Source of the DNA: Pseudomonadota bacterium
GTDB taxonomy: Bacteria > Myxococcota_A > Bradymonadia > UBA4248
Direction of reading: 5' to 3'
DNA: 34,543 nt
NCBI GenBank assembly: GCA_017555665.1
Contig: JAFZFY010000027.1
Coordinates: forward strand, 1 to 34,543
Part shown: positions 1 through 7,359 of the stretch, piece by piece
Layout: the number at the start of each line of letters is the position of its first letter
Position numbering within the stretch: the stretch's first letter is position 1
Translations under genes and position numbers: made by a program
Notes under the pieces: generated by a model
The model's database searches: none
What the model was told of the DNA's origin: nothing
What the model saw: only the letters and a program-made list of their open reading frames with translations

Positions 1-164
1 ATACAAGTGCTTCCTACACCGGTGGCGCATGGCTGCTTAACAGCAAGCACTATCTGACAAGCACTCAGACGATCGCTGGAAATGTGTCGTTCAATTCGCC
101 TTCGGGAAGTACAGAAACAGGTCACGGCGGCAACGGTTATGCCCGTATCTCGGCTGTGAAATAA
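1..164 (+). CDS. C-terminal fragment of a glycine-rich-domain protein (partial, enters from upstream of the window)
   Basis: Frame +3 is open from the window edge to TAA at 162-164. It translates to TSASYTGGAWLLNSKHYLTSTQTIAGNVSFNSPSGSTETGHGGNGYARISAVK. From memory, the GN-x-x-F-x-S-P-x-G-x-x-E-T-G-H-x-G-N-G-Y-A-R-I tail matches the conserved C-terminus of bacterial/phage glycine-rich domain proteins. It is absent from the ORF track because no start lies in the window. A terminator follows. Confidence 0.4.
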   Translation, partial: TSASYTGGAWLLNSKHYLTSTQTIAGNVSFNSPSGSTETGHGGNGYARISAVK

Positions 165-214
165 TCTGATTTTGAGATCGCGCCTATTTGCCTTTGGCAA
201 TTACGGCGCTTTTG

Positions 215-249
215 GCCCGCGTTCCTTCGTACACGCGGGCTTTTTTTTT
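215..249 (+). terminator. Rho-independent terminator
   Basis: GCCCGCG (215-221) pairs with CGCGGGC (234-240) around a 12-nt loop, followed directly by T9 (241-249). It lies about 50 nt after the TAA at 162-164. Confidence 0.7.
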
Positions 250-426
250 GAGGGTTTGTTCTGCGGGCGTGGAGATGCCGTCCAGTGGGTACGGCCAAAC
301 ATGGGTGAGCGTAAGCGACCCCGCCGCCCTTTTCAAACAGAAGAGGGTGCCGCGAAGCGGCGGGTGAGGTCTGGAAATGCCATATCACAGATGCAGAACA
401 GTGCCTTTATTCGTGATTCAAATTGT

Positions 427-491
427 GCGCGGCATATGCAACGCATAGCCGCGCGTGGTGCAATCGGGCCGTATGCGCAACGCGCATAGGC
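427..491 (-). repeat. REP-like bulged-hairpin doublet (TAT/ATA-C family), canonical on minus strand
   Basis: Read on the minus strand: GCGCGGC-TAT-GC-gtt-GC-ATA-t-GCCGCGC (427-454) and GCC-TAT-GCGC-gtt-GCGC-ATA-c-GGC (468-491). The architecture matches 13 other hairpins in this window. Confidence 0.6.
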
Positions 492-496
492 GAGTA

Positions 497-542
497 GAGA
501 CGTGTCGTGACACGTCTCTGAGACGTGTTGTGACACGTCTCA
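497..542. repeat. Two tandem near-identical palindromes
   Basis: GAGACGTGTC-gt-GACACGTCTC (497-518) is followed directly by TGAGACGTG-ttgtga-CACGTCTCA (519-542). Both lie 13 nt downstream of the stop of the minus-strand gene ending at 555. No T-run on either strand. Confidence 0.7.
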
Positions 543-554
543 GACAAGGTGCAA

Positions 555-2285
555 TCAGTTTTCGGGGATGTCGAGGCCGAGGAGGCTGAAGTCTGCCGCG
601 AGCTCGTTGGAGAGGAGGCGATAGAAGAGGTAGGAGCCGAAGCCGGTCCACCAGACCCAGTTCGTGTCTCGATCGACTTCGACGGCGATGACACCGACGA
701 CTTCGTCTTTCATGCGGATGGGGTAGCAGAGCGTGGCGTAGCTGCCTTCGCGCGAGGGTTTGTAATAGTCGCTGAGTTTGCGCCAGTCGTTGCCGAGGCT
801 GTCTTCGAGGCGTCCGTCTGCGAGGATGCCCTTGGATTCATTGACGTAGATCTCGTTCTGGAAGTGCGTCTGTCCGTCGAGAAGTTCGCCGCCGGTGAGC
901 GTGATGACGCGGTTGAGGCGCGCGGCAAGTGTCGCAAGTGATGATTCGGCGGGGTCTTCGGGATAGATGGGGAGATCGATGTCGTTGAAGATCGTGAAGC
1001 CGTGCGGATCGGTGAAGCGGAGGATGTCGTTTCCGTCTTTGTCAGAGGCGCGGTATCCGATGGCGAAGCAGGGGATCTGAGTGGAATTGGCGACGAGCTC
1101 GTTGACATTTTTAATGAATGTCTGGAGCGCGATATCGGCTTGGATGTTGCCGGCGTTTTTGCAGAGACGGGAGACGGCGACCTGTTCTTCGCGGACGCAT
1201 TCGAGGAGCCAGAGCTGCTGAGCGGAGAGGCTGAAGAATGACGAGCGGTGCAGGTAGGTGCCGAGGCGTGTCGCGAGCGTTTCGAGGACGCGGGAGGTGA
1301 GCGACGAGAGCGGCATGGGCTGGAAGAAATTGATGGAGAGGAAGCCCAGGAGCTCTTGTGAGCCGATTTCGTTGGCGCAGAGGAGGGGGAGAAGGACAGT
1401 GAGTTTTTCTTGCGGGCGATAGGAGTGTGTGGCGACGCGGTGGGCGTTTTTCTGAACTTCGCCCATCGAGAACCAGTCTTCTTCGCTTTCGCCGATGAAG
1501 ATGTTGAGGCCGACGGATTTGGTGCGGCGAGCTTCTTCGAAGGCGTGCCCGATGAGGCCGGAGTTCTGGCCGTGGTTGACGACGAACTCGAGGGAGCTGA
1601 GGTTTTCGAAGCGCTTGTTTTCGTCTGCGGGGGCGCAATAGAGGCGTTCGCTGACGATCTGGAAGTGAGCGGGGCCGACGCCGCTGAGAACCATCGATTC
1701 GAGCGAGCTGGAGAGAATCAGGCTTGCGGAGTGATCGGAGCCGCACCAGACCGGGATGAGCTCGAGGATGCGGTCGAGGAATTCGCGCGGGGAGGCGCCT
1801 TCGCACTCGTCAAAGATGATGCGGAGCGAGTTGTGCCGGAATGCGCGGATGGCTTCGTTGATGCGCGTGCGCAGGGCGACCGTGAGGATCTCGGCGTTGA
1901 AGATCTTGGCGTCTTCGGTGAATACGAAAGCGTGAATGTGCTCGCGGCCGGGTTCGGAGATCGAGAGAATCGGGTAGAACGCGATGTCTTTTTTGTCGAT
2001 TTCGCGGTGAATGATCTCTGCGAGATCTTCATGCTTTCGCGCATCCTGGATGAGTTCGGCGTAATCGACATCGAGGTCGGTCACATCTGAGCCAAAAGAT
2101 GAGACGCGAAGGGCAATCGCGGGCATCTGGCTGGCTTCAAATCCGACGATGACTCCGAGGTGATTCAGCTTGTGATCCATCAGGAGAGGCATCATGTAAC
2201 GGTGGAGATGCACGCCAAGGATCTCCTTGATCGAGTCATTCCAAGGGGAGAGAAAACGCATGGATTCTGATGTCTGATCTGTCAT
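555..2285 (-). CDS. Hypothetical cytoplasmic protein, 576 aa, possibly several GAF-like sensor folds and no recognisable output domain
   Basis: Long ORF with balanced amino-acid composition. GAGGAA lies about 9 nt upstream of the ATG at 2285. No signal peptide or TM segment. The C-terminal stretch SYATLCYPIRMKDEVVGVIAVEVD resembles the GAF beta-strand core. Domain assignment is weak. Confidence 0.7.
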   Translation of the reverse strand: MTDQTSESMRFLSPWNDSIKEILGVHLHRYMMPLLMDHKLNHLGVIVGFEASQMPAIALRVSSFGSDVTDLDVDYAELIQDARKHEDLAEIIHREIDKKDIAFYPILSISEPGREHIHAFVFTEDAKIFNAEILTVALRTRINEAIRAFRHNSLRIIFDECEGASPREFLDRILELIPVWCGSDHSASLILSSSLESMVLSGVGPAHFQIVSERLYCAPADENKRFENLSSLEFVVNHGQNSGLIGHAFEEARRTKSVGLNIFIGESEEDWFSMGEVQKNAHRVATHSYRPQEKLTVLLPLLCANEIGSQELLGFLSINFFQPMPLSSLTSRVLETLATRLGTYLHRSSFFSLSAQQLWLLECVREEQVAVSRLCKNAGNIQADIALQTFIKNVNELVANSTQIPCFAIGYRASDKDGNDILRFTDPHGFTIFNDIDLPIYPEDPAESSLATLAARLNRVITLTGGELLDGQTHFQNEIYVNESKGILADGRLEDSLGNDWRKLSDYYKPSREGSYATLCYPIRMKDEVVGVIAVEVDRDTNWVWWTGFGSYLFYRLLSNELAADFSLLGLDIPEN

Positions 2286-2404
2286 TGCTGAAAATTCCTC
2301 AGTGGATGAAAAAAAGTCGATCGGGACAATCGAGCAATCAGTTTAAAACGGTATGTATTAATTTGCAAATCCGAGTTGCGGATATTGTGTTGCGGGTATC
2401 AGGC

Positions 2405-2911
2405 TCACGCATCGGTCTTGAGGTGCAGCTGCATTTCGATCGTTTTCTGCTCGAAGCCGATTTTTTTAAAGAAATCGTGTATTTCCGTGGCAGACTCGGG
2501 GAAATGCGTGGTGATCCAGGAGATGCCGAGGTCGTCGAGTGCGCAGAAAAGCGTCTCCATGAGGGCTTGGCCGATACCGCGTCCGCGATAGTCGGGAATG
2601 ACCCAGAGCTCTTCAAGCGATGCGTAGGATTCGACTTCGAAGAGATGCGCCTGCGTTTCGAGGATCGCGGCGGCATAGCCGACGATCCTGGGGGATTCGG
2701 CATGTTCGTCCAGGGCGAGGCAGGCGATATACCGCTGGCTGGCGATGAGTTGCTGACGCAGGCGGCGCATTTCCCAGGCATGCTGTTTCGGGGGGATGCG
2801 GATGGCCGTGAGCGGATTGTCATCGCATTTGATCTGTTCGGCATAGAGTGCCTGGATGTCGTCGAGTTCGTCGATATGCAGGCGGCGTATGGTGATGTTG
2901 TCTGTATTCAT
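2405..2911 (-). CDS. GNAT family N-acetyltransferase
   Basis: 168 aa. Acetyl-CoA motif A is present: VIPDYRGRGIGQALMETL (R/Q-x-x-G-x-G/A). AGGAA RBS lies upstream of the ATG. The gene starts 21 nt after the stop of the upstream transglycosylase gene. Confidence 0.85.
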   Translation of the reverse strand: MNTDNITIRRLHIDELDDIQALYAEQIKCDDNPLTAIRIPPKQHAWEMRRLRQQLIASQRYIACLALDEHAESPRIVGYAAAILETQAHLFEVESYASLEELWVIPDYRGRGIGQALMETLFCALDDLGISWITTHFPESATEIHDFFKKIGFEQKTIEMQLHLKTDA

Positions 2912-2932
2912 ATCGTTCCTGGGCTTTGAGGG

Positions 2933-5701
2933 TCAGTAGTTCGGCATTTCTTCAAAAGACTGCGGGAGCGTGTTGGGAAGCTCGAAGAAAAATCCCGGAT
3001 CGTGATGGTCGATCCTGTGGAATATCAGAAGTCTTGCCATGCCTTTTTTGACGTAGTTTCTTGCCTCGTTATAGGGAATGAGCTCGATGAAGGCATCGCG
3101 CTCGACCTTGCCGCCGTAGGCGGTGAGCCACCGCGCGACCTGGTGCGGGCCGCCGTTATAGGATGCCATGGAGAGCGCGGCATCGCCCTGAAATTTATGC
3201 AGGATCTGCGCAAAATACCACGTGCCCATTTGAATCGAGTGCTCGGGGCGGATCAGGTCGTATGGGCCGAAATCGGGATCCTCAAGGGCTTCGGCGATCT
3301 TGTAGCCGGTCATCGGGATGATCTGAAGCAGGCCGTAGGCATCGGCATGCGAGACCGAATCGGGGTTGAACGCCGACTCGATGTTCATGAGCGCCCAGAC
3401 GAGATCGGGCGATATCTTGTTCTTGCGGGCTTCGGCGATGACGCTCTGGGAAAAGGCATGCGGATAAAGGGCGGCGCAGGCATCGCTGTTCTCGTCTGTG
3501 CCGCAGGTCGATTTGGGCGAGGATGTGTATTTGCGCGCCAGATAATAGTCGTGGAATGCAAACAGCGTGTCTTTGATGAACTTCCGGACTTCGGAAGCAT
3601 GGTCATAAACGGCTTGCTGATGGTCGGCGATCTCCTGGCGCGCCTGGGTGTCTGTTTTGGGCGGCAGATCGAATCTGTAGGTGTTGATCGGGCAGCCCCA
3701 GTAGCCGGTACTGTTGCGCCGGTTATCGACGAGATGCCCGTCAATGCTGAGTTTCGTCGTCCAGAGGTTGTTCGTGACTGGGCGTTTTGTGAGCCTGGTG
3801 ATGCCCATAGCTTCGATGGCGATCGTTCGGAATTCGGCATTTCGCTCGCGATAGAGCTCGGCCTGATGAAACAGACGGACACGGCGAAGCCCTGGGAACA
3901 TCGGCTCGAAGGCTTTGAGCGTGTCGGCGATTGCGTTCGGCGATCGCGTTTCCGTGAAAGTGTATTCGTGTGACCACGGGCGGAATTCGCCTTCGAGCGA
4001 TCTGCCGTCGAACGTCTGGATCATGGGCGTATTCGGGGCTGCGCCGTCTTTGCGGTCGATCTCGTTGAGGCGCGTGCGCGCGAGGATGGCGTAATAGTCG
4101 TTCGAATCGTCGCTGAGAATGGACTGGAATCGCTTTTTAGCGAGCTCGACTGTCGGCGCAGGCAGGTTGACCTTCTTGGCTTTTGAGCCTTTTTTGGACT
4201 TTGAAGCCGGTTTGGCGGCCGTCTGGGAAGCCTGCGAATTCTGCGTGTCTTGCGGCTCTGTGGCGGCTTTATAGGTGGCCTGTGCGAGGAAATAGTTGGC
4301 GCGTCGCTTGTAGGTGCCGGACAGATCTGGAACTGCCATGGCCCAGTATTTACGCGCATTTGCGTAATCTTTGGCGAGATAGGCGATGAATGCGAATTGC
4401 GCGAGGTCGTCGGCAGAGGCGTTTTCTGAATAGACGATTTGCGCATTTTTGTAGGCGACATCGAGTGCGCCGCAAGCGAGCGCGAACTCCATGGTGCTTC
4501 TTGCGCGGTCTGCTTTGCCAAGCTTGGCGGCGTTCTGCGCGTGGTATTTGAGGGCGGTTTCGCAGTCGCCCATATAGCCGTAGGCGCGATAGATATAGGC
4601 GATGACGCCGGCGGGGCGCAGTTTGTCTTTGGTTTCGCCGTTAAGCTTTTCGAGGATTTTTTCGAAGCGGTGCGCGGCCTCTTCGTGGTGGCTTCGCTCG
4701 TAAGCGATGCGCGCGTGCTGCACCATGAGCTGATAGCTTTCGGGATATTTGGGCAGGGCTTCCTGTGCGGCGCGTTCGGCATCATCCCAAAAGCGCGCGC
4801 GCCTGAGCGCGTCCACGCGGGCAAAATCTTCCTCAAAAGTGCGCGGCCTGTTCGTCTGGCCTTTGTCTTTGAGCCAAGTTTCGGCTTTCTTCGATATCGG
4901 AGACCACGGGTAGAGATACGCGAGATCCTGCACCGTCGCGAGTGCCTTGTCCGTCTTGCCGTTCTTCCAGTCGGCATCCGCGAGCGCGAGCTTGAATTCG
5001 AGTATGCCGGGATAATCGGGGTAGGTGCGGATGAATGTGTCGAGCTGCGCGCTCATGTCGAGCCCTAGCGCAAGCCCGGTGCGGATATGTGCGGCGCGTG
5101 CCTCGTGATAGTAGGGCGAACGACGGAACTGGGTGACGGCGTAATAATAGGCATGCGCCTTGTGAAGGGCTGCATCACGGTCGGTCGATGTGTCGCCAGA
5201 ACCGCTATTTTCAAGGGCCTCAGCCTTATGCTGCCAGAACCTTCCGGCGTGATAGCTGAAGATGTCGAGCATTTCTCGGTCTTCGCCGGCATCTTCGATA
5301 AGCTTGGTGACGATCTCGATCGACTTGTCGATATGGGTATCATCGGCTTCGGCGAGCCGCATGGCAAGCAGAAGCTGGGTGCCCAGGGAGGGCTGGTCGA
5401 TGGCTCGCATGATCGCTTTGTGCAGCGGCGATGGCGTGTCCAGACAGTCGTTCATCACTGGCGAAAGATGCGGGGGATCGGCGGGCTGGAGGGCTTCGAG
5501 CGCGGCTTTGTGGACGGCAAGAATCGGCTCGACTTGAAGCGATCTTTCCTCGACAGGTTCGGCCTGAAATGGCTGAATCTGTTGGGCTGGCTGGTGCGCG
5601 TCATTGGGCGTTTCGCCGGGATGACAGCTCGTGAGGAGCATGCCAAGACAGCTCGCAGCCGTGACTCCGAGGAATTTTTTTAGGCGTCGTCCGTGATACA
5701 A
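2933..5701 (-). CDS. Soluble lytic murein transglycosylase (Slt70-like), probable lipoprotein
   Basis: The C-terminal SLT domain has the catalytic motif LMNIESAFNPDSVSHADAYGLLQIIP and a later YNGGP. The long N-terminal region is alpha-helical and TPR-like. The ORF extends to an ATG at 5764. A TTG at 5701, with AGGA 7 nt upstream, instead gives MYHGRRLKKFLGVTAASCLGMLLTSC, a clean lipoprotein signal peptide. I prefer 5701. Confidence 0.88.
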   Translation of the reverse strand: MYHGRRLKKFLGVTAASCLGMLLTSCHPGETPNDAHQPAQQIQPFQAEPVEERSLQVEPILAVHKAALEALQPADPPHLSPVMNDCLDTPSPLHKAIMRAIDQPSLGTQLLLAMRLAEADDTHIDKSIEIVTKLIEDAGEDREMLDIFSYHAGRFWQHKAEALENSGSGDTSTDRDAALHKAHAYYYAVTQFRRSPYYHEARAAHIRTGLALGLDMSAQLDTFIRTYPDYPGILEFKLALADADWKNGKTDKALATVQDLAYLYPWSPISKKAETWLKDKGQTNRPRTFEEDFARVDALRRARFWDDAERAAQEALPKYPESYQLMVQHARIAYERSHHEEAAHRFEKILEKLNGETKDKLRPAGVIAYIYRAYGYMGDCETALKYHAQNAAKLGKADRARSTMEFALACGALDVAYKNAQIVYSENASADDLAQFAFIAYLAKDYANARKYWAMAVPDLSGTYKRRANYFLAQATYKAATEPQDTQNSQASQTAAKPASKSKKGSKAKKVNLPAPTVELAKKRFQSILSDDSNDYYAILARTRLNEIDRKDGAAPNTPMIQTFDGRSLEGEFRPWSHEYTFTETRSPNAIADTLKAFEPMFPGLRRVRLFHQAELYRERNAEFRTIAIEAMGITRLTKRPVTNNLWTTKLSIDGHLVDNRRNSTGYWGCPINTYRFDLPPKTDTQARQEIADHQQAVYDHASEVRKFIKDTLFAFHDYYLARKYTSSPKSTCGTDENSDACAALYPHAFSQSVIAEARKNKISPDLVWALMNIESAFNPDSVSHADAYGLLQIIPMTGYKIAEALEDPDFGPYDLIRPEHSIQMGTWYFAQILHKFQGDAALSMASYNGGPHQVARWLTAYGGKVERDAFIELIPYNEARNYVKKGMARLLIFHRIDHHDPGFFFELPNTLPQSFEEMPNY

Positions 5702-5855
5702 TGTTTCATCCTGAAATAAAAAAAAGCCCCACAGGACTTTAAACGTTTTCAGGCGAACGGGCAATCATTTGAACTATGAGGATGCAGATTGTCAAAAAAA
5801 TGCCGGGGCGTGGTTCGGAATCGATGGGATCCGTGTCTGTCCGATTGTTTTGGGG

Positions 5856-5927
5856 GCGCGTCTATCGGCCTTTGGCCGATACGTCGCGCGTATGCCGGCT
5901 ATGGGCTGATGGCCCATACGCCGGCAT
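5856..5927 (+). repeat. REP-like bulged-hairpin doublet (TAT/ATA-C family), canonical on plus strand
   Basis: GCGCGtC-TAT-CGGCC-ttt-GGCCG-ATA-c-GtCGCGC (5856-5889) and ATGCCGGC-TAT-GGGC-tgatg-GCCC-ATA-c-GCCGGCAT (5892-5927). The doublet lies immediately downstream of the fxsA stop at 5933. Confidence 0.65.
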
Positions 5928-5932
5928 GTGCC

Positions 5933-6592
5933 TTATTTCGTCTCCCATTCGGCTTCGACATCGATGATCTCTTCTTCGCCCAGGGCTTTCGGCCCATTTC
6001 CTGAGGCGCTTTCGTAAGCGCGTTCGGAGGTGCTGTTCTTTTTGCCTTCGATCTCGTAATCGATGTCGATGATGTCGCCGTCGTGCTGGGCGCGCTTGGA
6101 GCTCATGCGCTTTGTCTTGCCCGTTTGGGCAGCATTGCCCGTTTGGGCTGCCTTGAACTGTTCGGCAAAGCTTTCGGTGAGCCCTTCGGGGACATCACTG
6201 CCGAACTGGCTCGCGATCCGGTTGGCGAGTATGCCTTTGAACAGAGGCAGCACATAGTTGATAATGAAGCGTCTGATCGGCGGAATGATGACCAGGATTG
6301 CGATGAGGGAGGACATATAACCCGGGATCATCAAAAGCGTGGATGCGAGCTTGCGCGCAGTGGGAAGCTTCGGCTTGGCCTGAAGCGAATAGTCCACAGG
6401 GCGGATCAGATATCCCAGGATGAAGCTGCCCACGAGGATCCAGCAGGCGTTTGCAAAGCCGATGAAATAGCCGGTCAGCACGAAGATGCCGGCTTCAAGC
6501 AGCAGCCAAAGCAGAAGGTAGATGGCGACTTTTTTAAGACCGGCCTTGAGTGCGGGAATGCTGTGATTGAGATCCATGTTATTGAGATCCAT
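5933..6592 (-). CDS. fxsA: FxsA family inner-membrane protein
   Basis: The N-terminal TM helices and the motif LLMIPGYMSSLIAILVIIPPIRRF match the FxsA signature (LLL-PGF-TD...LLLLPP-R). The C-terminal tail is acidic. I prefer the start at 6592 (MDLNNMDLNH) because AAGGA lies 6 nt upstream. The ORF is open to 6637. Confidence 0.72.
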   Translation of the reverse strand: MDLNNMDLNHSIPALKAGLKKVAIYLLLWLLLEAGIFVLTGYFIGFANACWILVGSFILGYLIRPVDYSLQAKPKLPTARKLASTLLMIPGYMSSLIAILVIIPPIRRFIINYVLPLFKGILANRIASQFGSDVPEGLTESFAEQFKAAQTGNAAQTGKTKRMSSKRAQHDGDIIDIDYEIEGKKNSTSERAYESASGNGPKALGEEEIIDVEAEWETK

Positions 6593-6829
6593 AAGGTGTC
6601 CTTGTGCGGATGAGAAAAGTGCATGCAAGCTGCGCAAAACACAGTCCCTACTATATCAGAGACTGGCCGTGTTGCCCACGGGGAATTCGCAGGCGTGCAT
6701 GGCTCTTCAAACGCTGCCGCAGGCGATGGTATTCCCGGATGAGGCTTTGACGGTGTGCGGTGACGGTTCTGCCGCATGCCGATGCGGGCTGCATCGTATC
6801 GGTGTGCGCGCTTTTTACGAAAAAACTGC

Positions 6830-6857
6830 TTGAAATTCGTGTGTTATTGCGTAATAT
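6830..6857 (+). promoter_or_regulatory. Candidate sigma70 promoter for rpmB
   Basis: TTGAAA (6830-6835), 16-nt spacer, TAATAT (6852-6857). About 130 nt upstream of the rpmB ATG. Confidence 0.4.
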
Positions 6858-6987
6858 GCCCGCGTTTTGCGCGGCATGAATTTTTTATGTTGCGTGCACA
6901 TTTACCGATTCAAGTCTTCATTTAGTTTGCGCCATTCTCATGTTTGTATGGCGTGTCTTGAAGTCATTAGAGATTAGGAGCTTCAAA

Positions 6988-7230
6988 ATGGCCCGCAGAT
7001 GTGTATTCACCGGCAAATCGCCGCTCGTTGGTAACAACGTCTCTCACGCACACAACAAAACCAAGAAAGTTCAGCTTCCGAACATTCAGTCCAAAAGGAT
7101 TTACGTTACTGAGCTCGGCCGCTATGTCCGCATTCACCTTTCTGCTCGCGCCCTCCGCACTGTGAGCAAGATTGGTCTGCTCGCATATTGCGAAAAATGC
7201 TGCATCAACCTCAAGGATATCGAGATCTAG
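6988..7230 (+). CDS. rpmB: 50S ribosomal protein L28
   Basis: MARRCVFTGKSPLVGNNVSHAHNKTKKVQLPNIQ is the canonical L28 N-terminus. AGGAG lies at 6976-6980, upstream of the ATG at 6988. The track ORF starts at 6940, but that extension is not L28-like. Confidence 0.93.
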   Translation: MARRCVFTGKSPLVGNNVSHAHNKTKKVQLPNIQSKRIYVTELGRYVRIHLSARALRTVSKIGLLAYCEKCCINLKDIEI

Positions 7231-7254
7231 GTCTTTGGGTGAGCTTGAATAAGA

Positions 7255-7280
7255 AGCACCGTTCGCGGTGCTTTTTTTTT
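7255..7280 (+). terminator. Rho-independent terminator of rpmB
   Basis: AGCACCG-ttcg-CGGTGCT forms a 7-bp stem with a tetraloop, followed by a run of 9 T (7272-7280). Confidence 0.85.
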
Positions 7281-7359
7281 ACATCGAAGAGAACGGTCTT
7301 TATCTGGCTGCGTGATACAAGGTTTTGCTGGTCTGTCACTTTTCCGCTCTGGCCTGCAC

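Noticed and set aside
4021-4977. Same-strand alternative-frame ORFs inside real genes: 318 aa within the transglycosylase gene, 314 aa at 32410-33354 within the EEP gene, and 231 aa at 1111-1806 within the GAF-like gene.
   Set aside because: Extreme Arg/Pro/Ser/Thr composition typical of off-frame translation of GC-rich coding sequence. The overlapping main frames carry the recognisable domains.
5702-5764. The ATG at 5764 as the start of the transglycosylase gene, as in the ORF track.
   Set aside because: It would add 21 residues (MPVRLKTFKVLWGFFLFQDET) ahead of an otherwise ideal lipoprotein signal peptide. The TTG at 5701 has an AGGA at the right spacing. The choice remains uncertain, and the longer form is possible.
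6638-6987. A possible ribosomal-protein leader or ncRNA in the roughly 350-bp fxsA/rpmB divergent spacer.
   Set aside because: Only weak, imperfect pairings are seen, such as GCCGCATGCCGATGCGGGC. No member of the TAT/ATA-C family and no recognisable conserved leader is present. There is not enough evidence to call a feature beyond the candidate promoter.
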